A stretch of 64,000 bases of DNA. It comes from Camelus ferus (Eukaryota). Position 1 is the first letter of the stretch, and every line of letters begins with the position of its first letter. Shown piece by piece: positions 27,392 to 38,140 of this stretch. The notes beneath the pieces are model-generated. The model was not told the DNA's origin. It searched no databases and saw only the letters and a list, made by a program, of their open reading frames with translations. The stretch covers positions 31,126,001 through 31,190,000 of the forward strand of contig NC_045696.1 in assembly GCF_009834535.1 (NCBI RefSeq), given 5' to 3'. Made by a program: the position numbers and the translations under genes.

Positions 27392-27996
27392 CCCCAGTAT
27401 ATATTACAGGTATAAATATATTGAAAGCAAATTCTGAAGTTCATATTTTTTTAATAACTTGTTGCCAATTTTTTCAAATTTAGCTATATCACATACTAAG
27501 CCATTGCACTGAATCCGACTTTTTTGGGGGAAATGCACAAATTTTCAAAATTTCAAGGTTAGAAAATGGCATTAATCATGAAATTCAGAAAGATATGTAT
27601 ACATTTTAGGAGGGAATTATAGTGACCTACGGTACGGCTCCAAGATACTTTTTAAAATTATACAACCTTGGAAAAGGAGTAGGGGAAGCTTTTATTTATA
27701 TCTTTTTTTTTTTTCCAATGAATTTCAGGTTTGAGGGGTCAGGAATTACCAGGATAAAGTCAGGTACCACAAGGGGAAAAAAGGCAGATTTTTCTCTATT
27801 CTTTGCTAATGAATTCCTAAACACTCTTAGAGAACAAACAAAGAGAAAGCCTTAGGGAGGAAACTACAGAGAATTCACCTGAGATATCAACAGAACAGTT
27901 GATGAGGTCAAATTCTGGTTGCCAGGAGGACACAGAAAGGACACTACCAATTCTTTCACAGCTAGTGTGGTTTTTTCCAGATATTTTAATCGAGAT

Positions 27997-28492
27997 TATG
28001 AATGAAAAATACTGCAAACCATATCAGCAAACAAAGAATGCTGAAAACATCAAGTCATCAGTGGCTGCCACCCCCCCCAGTGAAGACAAGCCTGCAGCCC
28101 AACCACTGCAGCCACTCACAATGGTGCACCCTGAGGGGACTCAGAATAAGAAAGGACAGGATACAGGCCCTAGGTAGCTAGGTGCTTGTCTAAGGAATGA
28201 ATTCAGTAAGCCCAAATGTTTGCTTCCTCCCATACAGAGAAAAGCACTGAATTCTTTAACTTGAGATGCCTGGTTTTCTTTAGTTAACAAGTAATCTTCT
28301 ACTGTTCCAACTACCTGGTCTTTGTTGTAAAGCTCCTATATATCCTAGCTCCTCCCCACCTCTTCAGAGCAGTCCCTCAGAGCGATCTGAGAGGCTGTCA
28401 TCCTGGGCTTGAAGGGGTTCGAGCCCTCAGAAATGTCTGCCAAATAAAACATGACTCTCAAGTTTTAGGCTGTGCATTTATTTCAGTCGACA
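27997..28492 (+). mobile_element. ERV1-type solo LTR, copy A
   Basis: TSD agat at 27993-27996 and 28493-28496; ends in CA; TATA (ctatata, about 28336) and AATAAA (about 28443); about 97.5% identical to 32936-33423. Confidence 0.92.
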
Positions 28493-28726
28493 AGATGGAT
28501 CAAGCTTGAATTAGTTATTGCCAAGTTCTTTAGAAAAAAAGGCTGTATTCATAATTTAATAGTATAAGGTTAGCAAGTTGTTGAAAGAAGGAATACACAT
28601 ACAAATAAAATGAAATCAACATGGAACGTGTTCTGCGTGACTACTTTGATATCCACTATCTGCTGACACTATAGAGTTTCATAACAAGAACAACAAGAGA
28701 ATTAAGCCCTCCTCAGACCACAGTGG

Positions 28727-29355
28727 TGAGACAGGAAGAGGGCAGGGCACAGCCATTCAAGGAATGCTACAGCAATTAACATTAAAATGGTGAAAGATTC
28801 AACCCCCACTAGGCCTTGAGGCTCAAGAAGATGAGAGATTTAACTTCTAGCAGATCCTGAGCTTCATTATACGCTCATTGTACTATATTAACTTGGTGAA
28901 TAACACACCCATAGGCACCATGGCAGTCCCAAGGCTAGCCACAAAAGGTCAAAGAGTGGGAAACGGCCAGCTTTCTGGGAATCCCAGCCCCTTCCCCAGG
29001 CTACTTAGACTGGTCCTTCCACTTATTAGCATATGAAGCCACCAAGCCCATAAAAACCAGCAACAGAGTGCCTTGCAGCTGCCCCTCTCTCTCCCTCTTT
29101 GGAGATGGCCCACATTCTGTCTATGGAGTGTGTACCTACTTTTAATCTGAGCACCCAATACCGACGCCTCGCGGCCTTTCTCTTGCTTTTCAATGTATCT
29201 CTGTGAATAAATCTACTTTCACTCAACTGTGGCTCGCTCTTGAATTCTTTCCTGCGCGAAGCCAAGGACCCATACTTGGTGGGGCATGTCCCTGGGGCTC
29301 AACTGAGACCTGGGACACGGCCCTCCTCATGCCCCACATCTGTTTTCCTGTATCA
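28727..29355 (+). mobile_element. MER41-like ERV1 solo LTR
   Basis: TG...CA termini; perfect TSD gtgg; ctgtctatggagt, aataaatctactttcact, gaattctttcctgcgcgaagccaagga are MER41-type motifs. Confidence 0.88.
28973..28981. promoter_or_regulatory. GAS (STAT) motif TTCTGGGAA within the MER41-like LTR
   Basis: Matches TTCN3GAA; function untested. Confidence 0.45.
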
Positions 29356-29384
29356 GTGGCATAAATAGTAAATGATCTACTTAC

Positions 29385-29652
29385 CTGGGGCAGTTATCTA
29401 GGTGCTACTCTTGGCTGTGGGTTCACAAGTATAGCCGTCGGTGGATCTGAGCTGGCAGTGGCTGGGGCAACTGGGGCAACCTGACCCTGGTATTTCCAAC
29501 TCTTACCTGTCGGCAGACAAGCCTGAGTGTGATTGCAAAGCAATGGCAAAGGCGACAAGAGAACAAGCAGGAACTTGCAGGTACTCCCCCAAGCTTTTTC
29601 AAGCACTGAATCCGCAAATATTCAATTTCCAAAGCAAGCCTCAAAATTAAAC
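29385..29652 (-). other. Candidate spliced exon, probably non-coding (5'UTR or lncRNA), with two alternative donors
   Basis: Acceptor ctttgttgtgttctctcactctggctccag|G at 29653/29652; donors CAG|gtaaga at 29507/29506 and CAG|gtaagt at 29385/29384; GC-richer non-repeat island with retained CpGs. Confidence 0.5.
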
Positions 29653-30361
29653 CTGGAGCCAGAGTGAGAGAACACAACAAAGTTATGGGTCACCAATTCA
29701 GTCAACATGGGACATCTCAAATACAAAAAAAATTTGTTTGTACAGATTTGAATATTTGCTTTAATCACTTCATACAAGTAGGAATTTTTATAAAACAAAT
29801 AATCAAGGAAATGTTTTATAAGAACAAACATAAGAACAGAATATATATATATATATATACAAACTTTTCCTCCATCTTAATTTAGCAAAATATTAACCAT
29901 TAACCATTGAATCTAATGACATAGTTTCATACTTAAAAATGCCCTAATAATGTTTGTCAGTGTTATAATGTCATATGTATAGAGAGGACATTATTAAACC
30001 TGATAAATGAAAACCTTTTGGTTGCCTGTTTGCTGGAAAACAAAATAAACTTAATGAAATATTCACTATTTATTTCATTAAAAATTGGAATACTGTTGGT
30101 TATTTTGTTTGGCAAATGGTTACAGTTGTTGTATTTAAATAAAATCTTTTTCAAGGTTTTCAGAACTGCATAGCATGGAAATTTCATAGTTTAGTTTTCT
30201 GAGGTACTGCATTTCCTATGCATTCCTTTTTTCTTTCTGAAAAACTGTAGTATTTTCTATGATTTCTCAAAACAAGAATAACATGGACCATGCCTGACAC
30301 TTAGCCCATTATAGGCAGTATTTCATTGTACAGAAATACAGGATGATTACTGCTTTCTACA

Positions 30362-30460
30362 CTCATTCTTTCATTCATCAAGTATATATTAAATATGTGC
30401 TTGTTGTAGACTCCGGCATATAGCAAAGAACAGAACGAAGTCCCTACTCCTGTGCAATTG
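30362..30460 (-). mobile_element. L2 3' end fragment
   Basis: cattctttcattcatcaagtatatatt...atagcaaagaacagaac..gtccctactc. Confidence 0.55.
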
Positions 30461-31309
30461 ATGTGACGGGCTTCTTTCAATCTGTAGCTTTATTTACTTT
30501 GTCAGTATTTTTATTCTAGTTCTTAAAGATTTTTCTGTGTATGTTTACATGTGTGTGCCTGTGAATATGTGCACGAGTGTATGTGTGTATAATGTTTCTC
30601 TCTCTCTTCCTCACACCTGACCTTAATTCAAAATATATGTTTAACTTGGTTAAATTAACTAAAATTATCTGATTTGTATTAAATTTTAATTGTTTTTCAG
30701 ATATTACACATTGTTATGTTTTGCAAATTGCAGAAAATACATATTTCAACTTCATGAGCCTGTGTATTTGTGTTTATCGCCATTTCTCACTTGAACGTTA
30801 TATGAGTCAGAATCCCTTCGTTAGGTAGGGAAAAGCAAAAACAATTTCACTTTTTTGTGTGAAAATCCTAGGTTTAAAATGAATATATTAGACTTATTAT
30901 GTATTTCCCTCAGGTAATACACTGTTTTTGACCAGCTTGAAATTTTTCATCAGGATGGACAAGCTTGGTTCCACCACCACAGTCTGAGCTTACTTTTCTT
31001 CACTTAAACTGCTTTATTTCCTCGTGAAATTACTTGTAAAGAATAACAGGAATGTGGTAGCACTGGGTATACTGTGCTCTGCACCACACTAACCAAGTTA
31101 CCATCTTTGTCAAAGAGGTGAATAAAAATATGTCAATGTTACTAAAAAGCCACTTGTATCTGAGAGAATCTGTGCATCTTTTGTAGAGTTGACAGCAGTC
31201 ACAGCTTTATACGACTTTATGTGACTATGTTGCTAAATCTTTAACTCCACTGTTTGGAAGCCAATCTTCCTGTCTACTGAATGCTGGGGGATAGATAAAC
31301 TGCTATTGT

Positions 31310-31528
31310 TATTTATTTAATCCTTATTTTTTATGGAAGTGCAGTCGATTTACAATGTTAGTTCAGGTGTACAGCAAAGTGATTCAGTAACATATATTCT
31401 CTTCCATTATAGCTCATTACAAGAAATAGGATATAGTTCCCTGTGCTGTACAGTAGGTCCTTGTTATTTATCTATTTTATCTATACTAATGTGTATCTGT
31501 TAATTCCAAACTCCTAATCTATCCCCCA
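31310..31528 (-). mobile_element. Artiodactyl-type LINE-1 3' UTR fragment
   Basis: gatttacaatgttagttcaggtgtacagcaaagtgattcag...atatagttccctgtgctgtacagtaggtccttgt. Confidence 0.85.
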
Positions 31529-32182
31529 TATTGTTCTTTATCAATGAAATAAGTTGCCTTTTAGTTTCTTAAACCCAGGCTTTGACACTAGCTTTCAAGG
31601 TTGTTGAGTTTGTTTTGATTGTTATTTTTAAACAGGCTTAAGTTTAGGAATAATTTGTCTCTCTCTCTTTTTTTTTCCTAAAAGCTATTCTTGGCAGTTA
31701 CTGGTTCATAGAAGTCCCACATTACGTTGCATATTATTGAATAAGGTTAAATAATGCATTGCGCTCAAGAAGGTTGTATTGTAGTAGAAACATTCTATTT
31801 TTGAATGTTTTTGTAACAAGATCTACTCAGTTCTTCAAAAAGAAATGAGGAATGTATAGGAAGGGCAAGACCCCAGGAAACTAACCTCTAAGGCCTCTAT
31901 TATATAATTATCCCTGCAAGCATTCCTAAAAGCTCAGAGAAGGACTTTAAACATACAGACTACAACCACCTTAGCTATTTGCAAAATAGGAATAATAAGG
32001 GAACGCATATCCATAGAGATGCTCAGAGACTGAATAATAATCATCTCAATAATCTTTGCAAAAACTCCTTGCATTCTTTGGGGAAAAAAAGAGCCATTTA
32101 AGTTTGTGATGCTATTATAAAGGCTTGAGCATGGGGAGCAGATAACTGTATTTAGAAGGTAGTCCTTGCAAGTTAGTCCTAA

Positions 32183-32839
32183 TGTTAGAGCAGGCAGATA
32201 GCTAGATATGAGCAGAGAAAGGGGGACACAGACCAAATGGCAGGAATTGGGCAGAAAGGAGGGGCACAGGCCAAATGCAGGAAATCACACATCAATGTAA
32301 GCACTAGGGGTCACTGGGCAAAGAAAGAAAAGCAGGAACCTTTGTGCTGAAAAGGGATCATGCATTTTGGGATGACAAGTGGCCTGGAGAAGAACAAAGA
32401 AAGGTGAGAAAAGGCAGGAATTTCCAGTTCCGTATCTAACCTTTTGCTCATTATGCCCTCATTTCAATAAAATTAGCCTTGCAGATCAGAAGTATCCATC
32501 ATGCACCGACGCCATGACACTTCCGACCCAGACTAAATAAGGACAAAAATCCCTCCTCCCTTTGGGAAGGTGGAGTTGGGATGATAATCAGGGAATACGA
32601 CCCCAAACCCTTCCCTCCCCAATGAATATTCTGTCTATTCATTTTTACACCCTATGTAGCTAACTTGCCAAAGAAACTCAGGGCAGCCACTCACCTGAGC
32701 CTGCCCGCTCTCCCCTGAGAGTGTACTATCCATCCTTTAATAAATCCTCACTTTACCTTTTTAACCACTATGTCTTGTCTCTGAATTCTTTCTGGGACGG
32801 GACAAGAACCTGGAACACTGGTTGCATCTATTGGCAACA
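32183..32839 (+). mobile_element. MER50-like ERV1 solo LTR
   Basis: Starts tgttagagcaggcagatagctagatatgagcag; internal about 35-bp tandem duplication; aataaa (about 32739); tctctgaattctttct..gacaagaacc near the end; TSD not resolved. Confidence 0.8.
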
Positions 32840-32935
32840 GTTGAATTCATCTTTCTCATCAGTCTGAGCACTGAAACAAACCATTTTTCAAAGTTGTTTG
32901 TGTTTCATGCTAGAGAACTTTCCAATGGTGAAGTA

Positions 32936-33423
32936 TGTGAACAAAAAATACTGCAAACCATATCAGCAAACAAAGAATGCTGAAAACATCAAGTCATCAG
33001 TGGCTGCCACCCCCTCCAGTGAAGACAAGCCTGCAGCCCAACCACTGCAGCCACTCACAATGGTGCACCCTGAGGGGACTCAGAATAAGAAAGGACAGGA
33101 TACAGGCCCTAGGTAGCTAGGTGCTTGTCTAAGGAATGAATTCAGTGAGCCCAAATGTTTGCTTCCTCCCATACAGAGAAAAGCACTGAATTCTTTAACT
33201 TGAGATGCCTGGTTTTCTTTAGTTAACAAGTACTGTTCCAACTACCTGGTCTTTGTTGTAAAGCTCCTATATATCCTAGCTCCTCCCCACCTCTTCAGAG
33301 CAGTCCCTCAGAGTGATCTGAGAGGCTGTCAACCTGGGCTTGAAGGGGTTCGAGTCCTCAGAAATGTCCGCCAAATAAAACATTATTCTCAAGTTTTAGG
33401 CTGTGCATTTATTTCAGTTGACA
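32936..33423 (+). mobile_element. ERV1-type solo LTR, copy B (same family as 27997-28492)
   Basis: TG...CA termini; TSD agta/ggta (3 of 4 match); 8-bp deletion relative to copy A. Confidence 0.92.
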
Positions 33424-34129
33424 GGTATAAAAGTAAGAGATATTAATTATAGGTCTTTGGATATTTTTTAAAGAAAAAAACTTAAATATAATGGCATAAA
33501 GGTCAGGTCACCGTCGACTTCGTGTACATTATCTGCCACTGTAAAGAAGGGAGATTTTCATAATCATTTCAAGTGAAGTATGGATGACCAGAAAACGTAT
33601 TTTAACTCAGGTCTTCATATAATCCATTCCATTCCTAGTTCAAAGGGATAATAATAAACCAATTGACCAATATCTTAAGACACAAAGTATAAGGATATTC
33701 TCACAGGTCTTTGTAGCATTGTATGATTAGATAGACAGCGATCAGACTGGGAAAGAGTGAAGTATAAAGCTGATGAGAGGGAATTTTGCTGATACAAATA
33801 GAGGTAATGTAACTCTGGATAAACAAGGGAGTGAGCACTGTCACGATTTAAAAATAAAATCTCGTAACTAATAGAAGAATGTACATCCCTAAGGTATTCA
33901 TTGTGAAATGTAGGACTAGTCAGTCAATTTTGGCTTTCTAAAAGAATAAACACTTAAAATAAAAATTTCAGTTTAATTCAAGATTTCCTTAAAGAAAACA
34001 ACTCTGAAGTTTTTTATATTTTCAGGCATTTAAGCAGTTTTTCTCACTCTATTTTAACCATGCTGTTGTTGATTTTGGAAAAGTTCTTCTACTAAGGGAT
34101 CTAACACACTTAGGGTTTCAAGTAATTAT

Positions 34130-34163
34130 TTTTTTGTTTTTTTTGTTTTTTTTGTTTTTTTTG
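34130..34163. repeat. (T7-8 G)n simple repeat
   Basis: Four T-run plus G units. Confidence 0.85.
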
Positions 34164-36326
34164 CCAAAGTGGGCAAAGGACAGTGTTCTGAACAGTGTAT
34201 TAACATTGCTTCATGCCAAATGCAAGTCACAAAATGTCCAGCATAGCATCTTCTAGAAATACAGCATTTGTTAGACATAAAATTGATAGCAGAAAAGAAA
34301 TGATAGGGAATTAGGATTATTATTATTCTCTCAGCAATACAGCCTGAGAGAAAGATAAACAGTTGCAGAGCCTGACAAATTTTTTCTGACAAGCATGTGA
34401 TGAAATACAAGAAAGTTTGTTGAGGTCAAAAAGCCAATACCTCCCTGAACCAAACCAAACAACACAGGAAAATAGATAAACTACCACTAGTCTAGATTTA
34501 TCTGATTAATTTTCTAATTTTCAAAACCAATTTAACAATCTCATCGTCCTGGAGGTGAGTACTCAAGCACACCAGGTGTCAGAGCCTAAGAACTTTTACA
34601 ATAATTCCTGGACTTCATCCTAATCGATTTGGAACCGCCCAGTCATGCAAGGTCGTTTGTCCTCTTTTTGAATCTAGAGCATCTATGAATCTGGGAAAAT
34701 ACGGGTTGATGGTGACCTGGCCCTTTTGAGCTTGATATCTAAACTGAGCTGCATCATTTCTGTACTGAGCATCTAGGAAATGCTAACTCGGTTTACTCAC
34801 TGAATAAATCTCATGATCTCAGAAACTTCAAGGGCTTCTGCTTCAATTCAGGCAGCAGTGAAAATGGCACATTTGGACAACTAGGTATTGCTTGTTATAA
34901 GGTTCTGCCCAGTATTCTACATATTACTCATTTCATGATGGAATTTTAAATATCACAAATTGCAGAGGACTATAACATATGTGGCAATACCCCCACTTGT
35001 ATAAGACTGTATTTGTGAAATTTAAGCCACTCATTCTCTTGCGGCTTTTTATAAATTCTCCTTCCATATTGGACAAGGTATCAAATATTGTAATTCTTAG
35101 TGAAGTAAGATCTTAGATGTGTTTGTGATCCACATGTTGTAATAAACTTATCAGTGGTTTTGACTTTATATCTCCTGGTCATGTTTTTATATTCTCTTTA
35201 TTTAGACACAACAGAAACCATTAGGGTGCAGTCTTCGTTCAGTCACCTCCCAGGGGCCTTTCAATAGATTGATATCTCACACAGTGCCCTCATTCATTTC
35301 TCTCAAGGGGATTTTATCTTTGTGATAATAGGTTGACAGTTGCTTCTAAAAATTACTTTTATTCAGTTATAATTATTGCTATTTCTGTTCTTCTACAATA
35401 GACATATTGGGACTTGAAATTAATAATCTACAGTGAAGTAAACAGACCATTTTCCAATTAAAATGGTGCCATAGCACTCACTGATACATACAAGAGTTTT
35501 ATAATTATGAAACCAGGTGTACACAGAAAAAGCAGTGTTTCCGGGTTATTGGGCACTTCTTGTTTTTTAAAGCCTAGTTTTTGTTATGCTTTTTTTAAAC
35601 AAAAAATATTTTATAGGAATTCCTAGGTTATTACCCTCACTGTTTCCTCCATCAACCTCATTTCTGAAATTGCAATTTTAATGTGCTATAAAGTCATTCT
35701 CCTGCACCCACGCTTTCTCCCAATACTTGTCCCTCAGCTCTTATCTCAGTTATTATTTGACATTTGATAGACTGTATTTTAACTGATGCCATGGGTTTGA
35801 TGAACCAATAAAAACAGTTTTGAACATATTATGAACACTAAAGGCACTAACTTTGGACGACATCACCAAGCAGGTAAACATAATTCAGACGAGTTTTTAG
35901 AAACACCTGTCACTACTTCCAAATTTCCATAATTTCCAGTGTTGTAAATAGCCTCTCAGTGGAAGCTGATATTGTAATGCTACTTCTCAGCAGTAGCTCT
36001 AGACTAATGATGTGAGAAAGACACAGAGTATGCAGAAACTATTTGAATGCATTAAGCCACTTTGGGATAAAATAGGAAAAAAGACCAAATAATAGAACTT
36101 TTCTATTACAGACTTGGAAATACCTTTCAAAAGTATTCTGATATTTTTACTGCTTCTTTATTGATATTTCAAAATTATATATGAATTATTATTGAAAGCT
36201 GTGTGTATAGAAAACAAATGTATATTGAATCATACTTCTTATTCTTAATATTAAAGGTACATTTTCCAAGGTACATTTCTATCTTCCAAAGCTATTGGTC
36301 TGAATGTACAATGAAAAACAATTTAG

Positions 36327-36509
36327 CCCCCAAATGGTAAATATGTTCATTGACAGATGTTAACTAGACTTATTGTTAACTATTAGACTATTGTTAACTA
36401 GACATTTTATGGTGATCATATCATTATGGTGTACAATTGAAGCTAATGTAATGTTATTTGTCAATTGTACCTCAATAAAAAATAAAAAAGAAGGCATGCA
36501 AAACGAAAC
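36327..36509 (+). mobile_element. 5'-truncated LINE-1 3' end with TSD
   Basis: gatgttaactagacttatt..ggtgatcat..aatgttatttgtcaattgtacctcaataaaa; TSD aaacaatttag at 36316-36326 and 36510-36520. Confidence 0.8.
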
Positions 36510-36689
36510 AAACAATTTAGGAAATCAAAGGTTTATCTCATGAAACACTCGAATTTTGCCAGTGAAAAACTGGCAACTTTGACTAGAACTGTAATTTTAT
36601 ATTTACTGTTTGACTATTTGCTTTAAAATATGAGTTAACTTTCAATATCATTGTCAGTTAATATAAACTCCATTATTTATTCTACCCTA

Positions 36690-36862
36690 CTCTATCTCCG
36701 TTATCCTGCTCCATGTAACTTCATACCAACACCTTATATGTGTCTTTGTTTATTTTCTGAATCCCTCCAACAAAATAAAAGCTCAAAAAAGTAGAAAATT
36801 TGTTGATAACTACTGTGTATACCCTGATGCCCTGGAAATAATATTTGAATGAACAAATGAAT
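36690..36862 (+). mobile_element. L2 3' end fragment
   Basis: tttgtttattttctg..., ctgtgtataccctgatgcc..aatatttgaatgaacaaatgaat. Confidence 0.6.
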
Positions 36863-37619
36863 CCTCTAGTTGAAGCAGTTCATTCAGAAGTCAGTATTTA
36901 GAAGAATTACTTGACAATTATTTCATAGTACAGTATTTTTGTACAAAAATGAGCTATTTTTAAAGTTGATTTTTTATGTAAAACTATTATTTTCTTCCAA
37001 CTTTGAAGATTCTTTTCTCTTTCCAAGTCATCAAAGACAATGTTGAAATAACGGGCATGATCCAAATATGAACAGAGGGCCAAGCAGCACATGAACCGGA
37101 CCGCCAGGGGTGGTGTTCACCAGGGGTGGAGAAAACTTACGGGTAGCCATTTACCCACTCTTGACTATAACAACCTGGCAAATCAAAAATCCGACTCTGG
37201 GAGAGTGATTTCAAGCACTGGGTTTCATGCATTTTAAGAGGCATGATTGGGAAGTACTGGCCTTTCTTCCTGACGAGAGCATGGGTAAGAATGCAAGAGC
37301 AATATGCCTTGGTGGAAACCTGGTTTCCCCTCAACCTGCCTACTCCATCTGTGTTTGGCAATAGCATTGCTCTAGTGTTGTGATCAGGGGCTGGTTCCTT
37401 GTGGACGTTCTAGCAAGGTAGTAGAGTTTGCCGCATCTCCTTATCTCCTGGCATTGTGAGGTGGAGGTACCTATATTTAAGTGCCATGGTTGACAAGGGC
37501 TAAATGGGTTTCCTTGGAGCTTCCTGAGAGACTTATTTCTTAGAGTCTAGACTACAAAGAATGAATTTTAGACAAATTAATCCTTATCACTCAGTAAAAC
37601 ACAAAATCCGTAGATGTTA

Positions 37620-38140
37620 CTATCCAGGATACAAAGAATATAGGTTGTGAAACATAGATGAGGTTTGAAACAGAAGCAGCAAGAAAACAGAATATGGAAA
37701 TTTTGTCCAAATGTTACAGCCTATGTATGAAAGAAACTTTATAAAATTTTTCCAAATTTGCATAAACTCTAAAAATTTGTGTTAAATTATTAATGTGTTG
37801 TGAGACTAAAAATATTTTTCTGATTTACTAATAATAGAAAACATATTTTGATCAACCATGCTGAAGGAAAATAAGTCATATTTCTCTTTTCTCTATAGAT
37901 TATAATATCATATCTAATAATATTTAATCAAAATAGTAAAAAAGTATTTTAGAGATATAGAAAGCTATTAAATAATCCATATATCTTATTTTTATGGATA
38001 TTGTGAGGTTTGTAGTATTTGCTACCTTTTTACCATTTGTAATTTATCATGGTATATCATCTCATTTTAAATATTCATATTTATATCTAATTTGGTAATT
38101 TACATTCTATGTTTTTCTTAAAGAAATCCCCCCAAACCTG
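37620..38140 (+). mobile_element. hAT-Tip100 (Zaphod-like) transposon fossil, transposase C-terminus and 3' end
   Basis: tttccaaatttg (FPNL) and gatcaaccatgctg (STML) resemble the hAT dimerisation domain; 3' part ttttcttaaagaaatcccccc. Confidence 0.6.

Noticed and set aside
27899..28177. Duplicated small ORF (also 32898..33116) suggesting a gene pair
   Set aside because: The shared peptide is only the translation of the two LTR copies
29423..29680. Cys-rich 85-aa ORF as a coding exon
   Set aside because: Non-ATG start, no recognisable domain, and it crosses the predicted splice sites
27997..33423. Provirus, or LTR element that captured a host exon
   Set aside because: The outer flanks do not match (agat vs ggta), each LTR has its own TSD, there is no PBS, polypurine tract or gag/pol/env, and the interior holds old L2 and L1 sequence
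37100..37130. Tandem CTCF sites
   Set aside because: ccgccaggggtgg lacks the GGC end of the core consensus
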